NCBI GenBank assembly: GCA_051362555.1
Contig: CM120641.1
Span: 5,456,001-5,520,000 of the forward strand
Length of the DNA stretch: 64,000 nt
From: Lingula anatina
Lineage: Eukaryota; Animalia; Brachiopoda
Direction: 5' to 3'
Shown here piece by piece: positions 25,626-36,760 of the stretch (positions are counted from its first letter, which is position 1; each line of letters starts with the position of its first letter). The translations under genes were made by a program, and so were the position numbers. The notes beneath the pieces are model-generated. The model was not told the origin of the DNA. It worked only from the letters and a program-made list of their open reading frames with translations, and did not search any database.

Positions 25626-26804
25626 ATGAAAAGCAAATGGAGAATACGGCGTCTGAAATGTGCATTTTGCGGTGTCGGCATTTGGTTATTCGCTTTCTTT
25701 ATATTTTCAACAACTCTTAGGGAATCTGGTGATTCCCTGTCACGTGTGAGAAATGAACACGAATTACCTGCTGACATGAAAGTAAGCCATCGTTCTTCTG
25801 TCGCGTCTGAATATCTTCATTTTGAAGCAACGAAAGAGAATTCATTCTTGCGAGAAGAGAAGATAGACGGATCGACTTTAAAGAAGTATGATAATGATGC
25901 TTTCCTAAGAACTCGGTCTTACATCGTGAATCCTTTAGACCACGCGCTTCTGATTTCCCCGAGAGAGAACTGTAAAGGGAAAGTTGTTCTGTTAGTGATG
26001 GTTCTTTCCCAATATTCAAACACTGATCGAAGAAACGTAATACGAAAAAGTTGGGGAGGCAAATACGATGGTTTAGACGTGAGGACATATTTTATATTCG
26101 GTCGGCAAAAGACCGCTCTTTGGGATGAAGACCTTAGGCTAGAGAGCGAAAAGTATCAGGACATCATACAGTACGACTTTAAAGATACTTACGAAAATCT
26201 AATTTACAAGTCTCTGTCAATGCTGCGATGGTCCAATGAACACTGCAAAAATGCAGATTTTGTATTAAAAGTCGACGATGATGTCTTGCTGATGACACCG
26301 AACCTGTACTCCAGACTTTCCTCACTCAAACCTGAGGGCGTCCTTCTAGGTTATACGAACCCAAAGTCCATGGTACTCAGGGGAGGCAAATGGAAAGTTC
26401 CTTTTGATGAATTTCCATTTTCTAAATTCCCGAAGTATTTGTCTGGCATGGCATACGTCATGTCACAAGATGTTGTAGAAACCTTGCTGAACGCTGCCAG
26501 ACGCGTCCCCTTAATCCAGGTGGAAGACGCTTATATAACCGGCATCCTGGCTAATATCACCAACGTGCATCATATAAAGGATCCATATTTCCTTTTTGCG
26601 AGAAAATACTATTTGAAAGCTTACAAAACTGCTTGTCAGAGATTACCCCAGAAAACAATCACTTTACATTTGGAAGAACCAGGAAATCTTTCTCTCGCCG
26701 ATTTTATGATGATGACTTACACGGAATTATCAACTTGCAAGAAAAAAGTTGTTCAGTCTTGGGTTAAACCACATGCCTTAAATGAATCCAATCCGAAATT
26801 ATGA
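25626..26804 (+). CDS. GT31 beta-1,3-galactosyltransferase-like protein, paralog 3
   Basis: TM anchor; RNVIRKSWG, DTYENLIYKS, KVDDD, VEDAYITG, C-terminal TLH. Confidence 0.93.
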   Translation: MKSKWRIRRLKCAFCGVGIWLFAFFIFSTTLRESGDSLSRVRNEHELPADMKVSHRSSVASEYLHFEATKENSFLREEKIDGSTLKKYDNDAFLRTRSYIVNPLDHALLISPRENCKGKVVLLVMVLSQYSNTDRRNVIRKSWGGKYDGLDVRTYFIFGRQKTALWDEDLRLESEKYQDIIQYDFKDTYENLIYKSLSMLRWSNEHCKNADFVLKVDDDVLLMTPNLYSRLSSLKPEGVLLGYTNPKSMVLRGGKWKVPFDEFPFSKFPKYLSGMAYVMSQDVVETLLNAARRVPLIQVEDAYITGILANITNVHHIKDPYFLFARKYYLKAYKTACQRLPQKTITLHLEEPGNLSLADFMMMTYTELSTCKKKVVQSWVKPHALNESNPKL

Positions 26805-27362
26805 ACTATCTCTTCAGATTTTGAATGTAAATTAAGAAAATATCAAACAATTCCATACACACTCAACATATATTTGAATTTGTACAGTACATGTTACACA
26901 CAATTAGATCACTGAGACAAAACAGGCAACACTTGGGTATTTATGGATATTTTATACGAAATAAATATATGCATGCTCTCTGAAAATGTATTGTTTATGT
27001 AAATTTTAACTAAATAAACTAACCTAAAAATAAACGACATATAGTGTGAAAGTGTTTTTTCTTTTATTTTTTTTTTTCAACGTAAACATGAAGTAGTAAT
27101 TCAAAATGTGTGCATGCGACATAAACCCATATAGCTCACACTGTGCATGCAGTCGTAAAAGAAGAAAATATAACGCAAACGAATATGAAAACCACAATTT
27201 GTCTTATAGTTCCCTAGGAATTAAGCATATTGCTGGTGCTTGTGCATAAAATGTAGACAACGTCATCGTCTGAAGAAGCTCGTATTAAGCACATAAAATG
27301 AAACATTAAGCGGTGAAAACTGGGACACAGGGCACCATTAGTGAGCATCATCATCTAGGGCT

Positions 27363-28517
27363 ATGCGTTGGATTAAGTCTACGTTTTTTGTCATTGTATT
27401 TCTGTCATTCTGTTTTTCCTTATTCATTTTGCTGACCCCAAATATATCCAGTTCCTACAAACAGAATTCTTGGGAACGGCTTCCCGACAAATGGCTCTTG
27501 GTTGACACAGTCGGTTCACCGCTTGACGAGTCTGCTAGAACCAGCGCATTGGAAGGATCAAGTCCGCGAAAATATACGGGAAAACAACTGAAGGAGCTGC
27601 GTGCGTACAGGAAAGATGATATTAAAGCAGTCTTCAGAAGACAACCATATATAGTTAATAATTTGGACCACAAACTACTTATTTCCCCGAGGAACAAATG
27701 TCAAGGAAACGTGACACTTTTAATGGTGGTTCTGTCTCAGTATAAAAACATACATCTTAGGAGTGTCATTCGCAAAACTTGGGGAGCACCCAAGAAATCA
27801 GACGTAAGACTTTGTTTCATATTTGGTCGTCAAAATACCACAGCTTGGGATGAAGACCTGATATTGGAGAGTCAGGAACACCATGACATAATACAATATG
27901 ACTTTCTAGACACATACGAAAATCTGGTTTTGAAATCTCTGTCAATCTTACGGTGGGCTAATGACCATTGTGAACGCGATCTGTTTATTTTGAAGGTAGA
28001 CGACGACATCTTAATGATGACCTCACGCCTTTACGCCAGGTTAAGTCAGTTGAAACCAGAAGGGGTTCTTTTAGGGTATTACAACCCACACTCGGTCGTC
28101 ATAAGGGGAGGGAGATGGGGAGTTTCTAGGACAGATTTCCCCTTTTCGACCTTTCCTCCGTACTTAATGGGCGGCGCATATGTCATGTCCTCCGACGTAT
28201 CTAGAACTTTGTTGGCCTCTGCAAAACATGTATCCTTGATCCCCATTGAAGACGTATTCATCACAGGAATCCTCGCAAATATCAATTATATCCGCCATAT
28301 AAGCGAATTTTATTTCGTCTTCTCAAGAAAGTTTTCTGTTAAGCTCAATGAAAACGCATGCAAACGAGTGCCAATGAAAACGATAGCGTTACATTTGGAT
28401 GCGCCAAACGAACGTCTATTATCTGACCTGATGCTACTTACGTACAAGCAACTGTCAAACTGCAGCACAACGAATAGTGGAGTTGTTCAATCCAGAATTA
28501 TACCAAAACCTCTATAA
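27363..28517 (+). CDS. GT31 beta-1,3-galactosyltransferase-like protein, paralog 4
   Basis: TM anchor; RSVIRKTWG, DTYENLVLKS, KVDDD, FPPYLMGGAY, IEDVFITG, C-terminal ALH. Confidence 0.93.
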   Translation: MRWIKSTFFVIVFLSFCFSLFILLTPNISSSYKQNSWERLPDKWLLVDTVGSPLDESARTSALEGSSPRKYTGKQLKELRAYRKDDIKAVFRRQPYIVNNLDHKLLISPRNKCQGNVTLLMVVLSQYKNIHLRSVIRKTWGAPKKSDVRLCFIFGRQNTTAWDEDLILESQEHHDIIQYDFLDTYENLVLKSLSILRWANDHCERDLFILKVDDDILMMTSRLYARLSQLKPEGVLLGYYNPHSVVIRGGRWGVSRTDFPFSTFPPYLMGGAYVMSSDVSRTLLASAKHVSLIPIEDVFITGILANINYIRHISEFYFVFSRKFSVKLNENACKRVPMKTIALHLDAPNERLLSDLMLLTYKQLSNCSTTNSGVVQSRIIPKPL

Positions 28518-28798
28518 AGTTAATAAGTGCTGAATTAGTTTATGGACTATATGCTATTTACGTTTGCAACCTGTTTTGTGTTTCTACAGTCAGTACTTTG
28601 TACCACGTCCTATTGATCAGCTACGATGATTACTTGCAATAAAATGGAGGACTTATATCGTCAGCAAATGCCAAAGATAAAAATACTTCTAAGTTAGCGC
28701 TCTATGTAAGCGCATATAATAAGAGCAGTTGACTGTTTTCAAAGCAATATTCATAAGATTGTCACTCTTTTATGATAATTATCACACATCCTTTTCTG

Positions 28799-29082
28799 AA
28801 AAGTCGGGGTAACTCCCTGTTATAACATCGGTCACTGTTTTTATCTCTTTTAGACAAATTGAGAAATTAAGAGAGAGAATATATATAGGCCTATATATAT
28901 TCTCTCTCTTAATTTTCCATCGTGTATAATAGTAGATATATACTAGCATATTCTCCCTCTTAATTTCTCAATTTGTCTAAAAGAGATAAAAACAGTGACC
29001 GATGTTATAACGGGGAGTTACCCCAACTTTTTTTTTTAGAATTATATATATATAGGCCCTATATATATAATTCTAAAAAAAA
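28799..29082. repeat. Nested palindrome / foldback (MITE-like) block
   Basis: ~83-bp arms at 28799-28882 and 28948-29031 with about 3 mismatches; perfect 52-bp palindrome at 28864-28915 centred on AGGCCT; a second near-perfect palindrome at about 29030-29082 centred on GGCCC. Confidence 0.9.
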
Positions 29083-29890
29083 TAGAGTACACAAAATGTG
29101 AATTAAAATGAGTTTTATTGTACTGATTATCTATAGAATAAATATAAACAGTATACGGGTTTTTTATTGTCTTATATCTTTACGTTTGATTTTTAGATAG
29201 AGAGAATCTTTCTTTTTCGTTTTCATTTATTATGCATTTACGTCCAAACACATCAACTTAAGTTAAAGGTCCATTTAGTATAGACAGGTGAATGCACGAT
29301 ATTCACCAACTACTTTGTTAGGTAATGAATTAACTTAACATAAATTTAGCACGCGAAGTAGCAATGCAACGGATACATAATCGTTGGATGTTTTTCCTCA
29401 TGATGATAATCCGTAAACCCGCTTGAATTGATTTACGGCTGAGCGGTGAAACATACCAGTCTGTGAACGCTTGTTAAATTAGTTATTTTCTCTCTATCAT
29501 ATACCCTGCAGTAATTCATCATTTTACTCGGTTTAATATCAAAGAAAACACAGAAATAAAATACTAAATTGTACATGTAGACATGATCATGCGCAGCAGA
29601 CGATTCTGGTCTCCCTCCAGTATGGCTGCCGTTTGTTTTGATGACGAGGGCTACAATGGGTTAATAGCATAGCACAAAATACAGTGATGCTGGAACAGCG
29701 ACAGTACTGCAGCATCTTGGCCTTATATAGAAGTTGATGTTAGGTTTGTGAATATGGTAATTTCAGTTATTTTTTGTTTTTTTTTTTTTATAAAATTACT
29801 TTGTGTGTGTCAAACGAAATCATACGCGTTACGTTTCCATCGTGTATAATAGTAGATTGATATACCGTGCAGTCTTGTCTTGAAAGGGGA

Positions 29891-29900
29891 GGGAATTCCC
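29891..29900. promoter_or_regulatory. NF-kB consensus site GGGAATTCCC upstream of the DHRSX ATG
   Basis: Perfect palindromic kB motif 25 nt upstream of the ATG at 29926; function not shown. Confidence 0.3.
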
Positions 29901-29925
29901 AGCCTCGTTTTGAATCAAGAAAATC

Positions 29926-32921
29926 ATGGGCTTCCTCAAAAGGCTCGCATGTTACGCTTACATTTTGTGCAGTATTTTCAAGGTTTACGTTTTAGCAGCC
30001 GCATATTTGTTAAAGCAGTATACATCTAAAATAAGGAAGCCTACAGGTAACACTGTGAAATCACAAAATCAATGAATTAATCGAGATGTGCGCGTATAAG
30101 TTAACCGGCTTTTCTTTCATTTTACTTCACCGTGCAACACTAATACAAAACTAGCACACTAATACAAAACTAGCACGAAGTTCATGCATTAACGCTCTTA
30201 TTTACGGTTAATGAGATGTAGCGGATGTGCTGATAGCGTTAGGGCATGGGTTTTGTGCTACTTTAACATTGGCATCGTGGCAGTGCGAACGTGCCCGATT
30301 AAACCATGTAAAATTCTTGTAATATGATCAATTGTTTTTCCTAGGCATTGAAGGCAGCAACAGAGGTAAAGTGGCGATCGTGACAGGTGGGGGATCAGGC
30401 ATTGGATATCATATTAGTAAACAGCTAGCAAAACATGGTGTTCAAGTTATCATTGGTGAGGAGTGATCACTTCTTAGCTCTAATTTACTTAGGAAGTGCT
30501 TAAAATTATCCTTAGTAAACATATTTCATGTTGATGATTTGTTGCAAAATTATGGATAACTATCATACAGAAAAATGGGATGTTTTAGCCTGTACATGAT
30601 TCACTGGTATTATTTGGGAATGGCAATTACATTTCTGTTATTTCATTTACGAATGATTGTTCTTGGAGCTGTAGCACGAAATCCATGCCTTAGCACTAGC
30701 TCCTTTTACAGTTTCTGACATGCACTGGAGGAGTGCTAATGCGAGAACTTTTTGCTACTGGAGCCTTAGCATTGCATTAAAAGTAAAGTAAATATGATAT
30801 TGTAAGTTTTACATAAATACTCAACAATGCCAGGTCTTATTGCAGCTTCTCCAAAACTTTCTGAATCTGAAGAGGCAATAAGGAAAATAAAACATGAAAT
30901 GCCAGAGGCTAAAGGTAAGGTACAAAAATAACATAATTGGAACACATGGATATTGAGGCATTATACCGAGTACATTACCTTTGTAGAATTCACATTATGT
31001 TGGCCTTGTGCATTTATCAAACATTGTAACATAGTGGATTTGAAACATTCCGAAATCAACACAACCCTGCATCTTTCTTTTTAAAGCTTACCATGTTGTT
31101 TGTAATGGTGGATTTCTGGTGGTCTTTAAATCTCGGAAGGATATTTTTTAAGCTGATTCCTATGTGCAAAGTTGTGGATTACAAAATTTTAATATATTTC
31201 TAGTTCTTAGTATTACGGGTTTTAATTTGTTTGTTACCCTGCTCTTAATGGGTGATGAAAATGATTGGCATGCTAAGAAATCCTTTACTACACCTAGATT
31301 CTTTGTCCTTGTGATCCATTTGTTTTTTTTTACACATTAAAACTTCGTATAATAAAACTAACTGTGGAAGTCAATTATAAGCACTTTTCATTCTTTTTTC
31401 TTGCAGTTGAGTTTTTACATTTAGATCTATCATCCCTTGAGTCTATCAGAAATTTTGTGGATGCATTTTTACAGAAGAAGTGCCCTCTTCACATCTTAAT
31501 CAACAATGGTAGGTGTTGTAGAACTTTGCTTTATTTAAATATTTTTTAACAGACATTTGTCTCCTAATGCTTGATGGATATTTATTATATGCAAAGGGTG
31601 TATTATTTAAATTTTTAAAATCAACTTAGAGCTTTTATTTTCAGCTGGGTTGATGTTCCCTCCATATACAAAAACAGTAGATGGGTTTGAACTGCAGTTG
31701 CAGGTCAATTATTTAGGCCATGTCCTCTTGACCAGTCTATTGTGGGAGAAACTGAAGACCACTGGACAGCTACATTCCTATAGCAGAGTGATCAATGTGG
31801 CATCCTCAGTACACTATGTGTCAGACATGCCTGCTGATTTAGATAACTTGAACCAGGAGTGAGTATTTTTTATTCTTTGAAACATTTTTGGAAGGGGGGA
31901 TATTAAATAAACAAAAAAGTAATTTTATGAATATTATACAACATGTGCTTTAGATAAAATTAATTACAATATTGCAAGTTTTTTTGTTGGTAGTGGTCAT
32001 GGGAATTCTCTGCACAACAGGTCAAGACACTGACAGAGGCCAGAAGGCCCTGACATTTGTGCAGACCCAGTGTTAAAATTTGGTGGGGTTGAGCAGCAGC
32101 TAAATTTCTGCTTAAAAAAAAAAGATGCACTAGTACATAACCCCAAGACAATTATTCTCAAATTGTATTGCAGACAACAAAATTTTTCTGCTCATGCTGC
32201 ATACATGCATTCCAAACTGGCTGTTGTCATGGCAACATACTACCTCCAACGCCAGCTGAACAGGGATGGCCACTACATCACAGTCAATGTTGCTGATCCT
32301 GGGGTGGTCAGTTCTGGACTTTTCAAGTATGTCTCTGGCTTTGTAAAGTGTTTTCTTGTCAGACCGGCAGCAGCATTAGGCATTTTATGGGTAAGATTTT
32401 TTTCTTCTGGAAACAGTTACTTTTTATTCAAATTATTCTATTTGAATCAAAATAATTGAATGAAAATGATAATAGCATTGTGTATATTTGATATATCCTA
32501 TACAGCAATTTTGAGTCACTCTAACAGATGCAAAAGATGTGGATCAACTGAGGCATAAATGATTATTTGTGTTGCCACAAGATAGCTTTCTTTTAATTTA
32601 AAGGAAACAGAACCAGTATTTTTATCTTTTTTTATTTCAAATTTATGTTACTTCATGTTTATGAAGTTGATATAACATTTCATTTGTGGGAATAAAAATA
32701 CTTGTTAAATTGACTTTCAGACCATGGAAGATGGTGCATATACCTCAGTTCACCTTGCGCTGTCGAGTGAAGTTGAAGGTCAAGGAGGAAGATACTTCTT
32801 TAATTGTACAAATGCAAAATCAAGTCACTTATCTCAAAATGTCTATCTACAAGAAGAACTGTGGCACAAGACATGTGACGTGCTTCATTTAGATGTGAAT
32901 TGGCCTAGTACATGCACTTAA
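29926..32921 (+). CDS. DHRSX: DHRSX-like short-chain dehydrogenase/reductase (polyprenol dehydrogenase / RDH-like), 7 exons
   Basis: Exons 29926-30046, 30345-30455, 30846-30914, 31407-31508, 31645-31858, 32174-32390, 32721-32921, all GT-AG and frame-consistent. Motifs: TGGGSGIG, NNAG, T.DGFELQLQVNYLGH, INVASS, catalytic YMHSK, DPGVV, EDGAYTS. N-terminal KVYVLAAAYLLKQ resembles the DHRSX leader. AATAAA at 32991. Confidence 0.88.
30171..30260. mobile_element. ~90-bp mini-MITE-like foldback, copy 1 (DHRSX intron 1)
   Basis: Arms tagcacgaagttcatgcattaacgct and agcgttagggcatgggttttgtgcta (20/26 complementary); preceded by a 19-bp tandem duplication at 30137-30174. Confidence 0.55.
30671..30758. 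mobile_element. ~90-bp mini-MITE-like foldback, copy 2 (DHRSX intron 2), inverted relative to copy 1
   Basis: Arms gtagcacgaaatccatgccttagcact and agtgctaatgcgagaactttttgctac; each arm best matches the opposite arm of the 30171 copy. Confidence 0.55.
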
Positions 32922-33061
32922 CAGAATGTAGAACTTGAATTATGTGATAATTGTGTTGTAACTCACTTAAGTAAAAAAAAGTACCCCAGTAATAAATAAA
33001 TCATCTGTTATTAATACAGTGTTTTCATAGGATGAGCACAGTTGATAAGAGCACCCTAATA

Positions 33062-34946
33062 TAACTAGAGGATCAGAGAGGCGATACCGCCTCCGGATAT
33101 TGTACCACCAGCTGGAGTAAGCGCATTCGTATGGACCCCCCCCCCCTCCAAAAAGGGACACCATCACCAGTCTTGTGCTTGACAAGCTCTATAAGATGCA
33201 ATCAATAAGAGTTCTCAAAATATGCAAAAAAATATAACAAACAATGGTACAATCAAGCAGATTTTCGAATTGACTTGCATTTTCCTACCCTTGATCACTC
33301 CTGTATTCTCTAGACAAAAGGCCTATTGGTTTTCCTTGAAAAGTGTTGCCAATGGTGCATATATGCTGACAAAAGAGAAAACCTAGGGGCAACAAGGGGC
33401 ACATCTCTGCTAGTTTTAAAGATATGAGAGGCAAGAAAATATGCAAAGCTCAGTTCATGGTGAAAAAGTAGGTCAAAGGTCAATTTCAATATCATAGTAC
33501 AGTATATGAATTTCTATTCAAGTTCAATAGCAACCATGGGCATTTCTTTGCCAATTTTGCAGATTTAAAGGCCTGAAAACATGCAAAAAGCAGTTCATCA
33601 TAAAAAGTAGGTCAAAGGTCAATTTCAAGGTCACAGATTGCTAGTGTATTACTTCCTATTCAAGTTCAATAGTAACTATGGACCTATCTCTGTCAGTTTT
33701 AGAGATAAAGGAGAAAGAAAATTTGCAAAGTTCAGTTCATAGTAAAAAGATGGTCAAAGGTCAATTTTAAGGTCACAGTAAATTGCCAGTATATGACTTA
33801 CTACTTAAGTTCAATAGTAACTATGGACCTATCTCTACCAGTTTTGGAGATAAAAGGGAATGAAAATTTGCAAAGTTCAGTTCATGGTGAAAAGTAGGTC
33901 AAAGGTCAAATTTAAGGTCACAGTAAATAGCCAGTATATGACTTCCTATTCAAGTTCAATAGTAACTATGAACCTATCTCTGCCAGTTTTGGAGATAAAA
34001 GGGAACGAAAATTTGCAAAGTTCAATTCATGGTGAAAAGTAGGTCAAAGGTCAATTTTATGGTCACTGTTAAATTGCCAGTATGTGACTTCCTATTCAAC
34101 TTTAATAGTAACTATTGACCTATCTCTGCCAGTTTTGGAGATATAATGTTACAATTCTGAGTTACAATAATGTGCCACCACAATGTACTTTTTAATACAG
34201 CATAACACGAAAACCGTATGAAATACAAAAAAACGGAGACCACGTGCAATTTTGGGTTTTACATGCTCTACAAAATGCAAAAAAGAAAGGGTCGCTAGCA
34301 TTAACGGTTCCTGAATTAGAGACAGTTTTCAGTTTCGGTATCTTATGGCCGCTTCTCCCGTGAAAATGCACCGATTGACCCCAAATTCACGGAGATGAAA
34401 AATGACCCAAAGGGTAACACTTTCCAATAATATTATTGGTTAAGTCTGTGTAGTGTCTGAATAACAGCGCAAATAATTTTTTTTTTTGTAAAAAATTTCA
34501 TTTTTTTGAAAATTTTGGCCTGTTTGACCTTGAAATAAAGGTCAAAGGTCAAATCCAAGGGCATATTTGAAATCTACACATATGACTTTTGGAAAGCCGT
34601 CTGTAGAAATTTTTCCCATAATTCCTTCCGTTGGGTAGATAATTGGCATTGAATTTTCAAAAATTTTGACAAGGGTGCATTTCAACGAGCGTCATGCCCA
34701 GGTTAATGCACCGACTGAGACAAAAAAACCTGGGGGTTCAAGTTGAGGTTATATGTGACCTAAATCCAAGAGATGGGGACAGGGGTCCTTGCGGTCTAGG
34801 AGGAGAAGCGGTAACGGTGACTTGTATCCGGCGCCAGTACGCGGAGCCGGCGGAGCTTACGGAGCCGGCGGAGCCAACGGAGCCGGACGAGACGGGTCGG
34901 GACTAAAACCATGAGTACCGCCAGCGTACACGCTGGTGGTACTAAT
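33062..34946 (-). mobile_element. Non-autonomous Helentron/HINE (DINE-1/pearl-like rolling-circle element)
   Basis: Subterminal inverted repeats gtaccaccagc (33102-33112) and gctggtggtac (34932-34942); 5' palindrome 34914-34943; GC-rich short-repeat tract (cggagc-based) about 34840-34890; internal tandem array; 3' hairpin gaggcg-atac-cgcctc (33078-33093) followed on the minus strand by CTAG and TT; no Rep/helicase ORF. Confidence 0.8.
33405..34145. repeat. Tandem array, about 5 units of 139-145 bp, inside the HINE
   Basis: ggtcaaaggtca recurs at 33471, 33610, 33752, 33897 and 34042, each with ttcctattcaagttcaatagtaactatggacctatctct-like blocks. Confidence 0.93.
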
Positions 34947-35104
34947 TATACATAATAAGAAAAAAAAAGCACCGTGACAGTATGTATGACTCATTGTGAA
35001 ACAATCAATGAAGTACTAATGAAAAATAAAAAGAAAAATCTTCCTAATTTTCCATTCCATATCTTGAAGGAAAAAAGCTACAGCTGTGATAAACTTATCA
35101 ATGA

Positions 35105-35297
35105 TTTAAAATGGTCCCAGTTATTGTTTTCTTTTTTTATTTCAAACATATTTTTCTTGATGTTTATGAAGTTGATATAATATTTCATTTGTGGTAATAA
35201 ACAGAATTGCTGAATTGACTTTTAGACCATAGATGATGGTGCATATACCTCAGTTCACCATTCCTTATCTTTTGAAAGAAAACCACAGCGGTTATGA
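35105..35297 (+). pseudogene. Partial duplicate of DHRSX intron 6 end plus start of exon 7 (pseudo-exon or alternative last exon at 35226-35297)
   Basis: Aligns with about 32598-32754 (atgtttatgaagttgatataa...ttgactttYagaccatRgaWgatggtgcatatacctcagttcacc). Acceptor AG at 35224-35225 is intact; frame reads TIDDGAYTSVHHSLSFERKPQRL*. Confidence 0.75.
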
Positions 35298-35494
35298 TAA
35301 ATTATACCAAATATGAAAAATTACATTTAAATAAAGTGTTACAAATTTGTACACCCATGTTAACAAAATGTCAAAATATCTGTTTATTATGCCATCTTAT
35401 TTGCCTCAAGATTATTTATCAACTAAAAATAATACAAAATGCCTTCACATACATGTTTAACCAAATCACTGAGCTATGGTATCATGTTTTTCCT

Positions 35495-36760
35495 TTATTT
35501 CACTTCTGGTGGAAATGATCCTTCATGTTCCAGTAACCATGCTTTCACTTTATTTCTGCAGCCACCAGTGTAGTTTCCAATCTGTCCACTACTTAATATC
35601 ACCCTATGACACGGCACAATGATCTGAATAGGGTTGTTTCTCATTGCCTGTCCAGCAGCTCTAGACCCATGGGGACTCCCACAGAGATTCGCCAATTTCC
35701 CATATGACACCGTTTCTCCAAAGCCAACTTTCTCAGCCAAGGTTTTCCATACTTTTCCTGTGAATGTGCCTGAATCATGACAAATAATTTTCAAGAAGTA
35801 TCGACATTTTGCACTGACACCCATCTTTATCATAATAATCTATTCAAAACAAATCCCATACAAAAAACAGTTCAGTTAGATTATTAAGGCTTTTTTTTAG
35901 TTTAAAAAACCATGTTTACATACAAGCATTATCCATGAAAGCTATGATTTTGTGAGATTAAACTGGCAAATTTTTTTTAAGTCGCAAAAATTTTTAAAAC
36001 ATGAAACTAAACAGCACAATTTTATAACGAATAACAGTATCCAACAGTTTATACATTTTGAGAAATAAATAGAATGAATACTTATATTACCTTCCTTAAA
36101 TGACGCAAAGCAAATGGAAGGGAGAGGAAGAGATTTCACTTCAGAACCACCCGTAAAGTAGATTTGTAGCCATTGGCACAGCTTGATCAGTGGTGTATAA
36201 ATGTACCCATTATCCTTGTACAACTGAGACAGAATCTTGACTTCTTTCCTGAAAGTAAGGCAACAGTGGTCTAAGTCTAAAATAAAACTCCTGAAAACCT
36301 TTCTCTTTGATGGGAAAGTACTTAACATACATAAGAGGCAAAATCAATCCTATTTCCTATTAATTATGTACACAAATTCAGGTATTAGATGATCTATGGA
36401 ATAAAATGCCTAAAATATCTCAATGATAGGAGTCAGTTTGTGCTTATTCTCCCTGGAAGTTAAAGTTATTGTAAAATTAAAAAAAAATCTTAGTACTTAA
36501 GATTTAAATTGCCCCACAGTTAGAATAATGCTGCTTTTAAAATCTGTTGACCAGTGGACTAACTAGTCCTCAGATCAAATACGCAGGTTACCTTACCCCT
36601 TCTCAACTCTGAATGTTTCATCAGTGATTTCTTTGATCTGGCCCATAGAATGGATTCCATTTTGACAGCAGATGACTTCAAAGTTCCCAATGGGGCTGCT
36701 AAGGATATATGTGTTTGTAGGACCATACTGGCACTTGCTCTTTATAGCACCTAGTGGCAT
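35495..36760 (-). CDS. MGMT: O6-methylguanine-DNA methyltransferase, 3 coding exons
   Basis: Exons 36760-36597, 36248-36091, 35769-35495 are frame-consistent. Motifs SPIG, FTGKVW, GETVSYGKLA, RAAGQAMRNNP, active-site PCHRV, KAWLLEHEG. Minus-strand AATAAA at 35388-35383. Confidence 0.95.
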
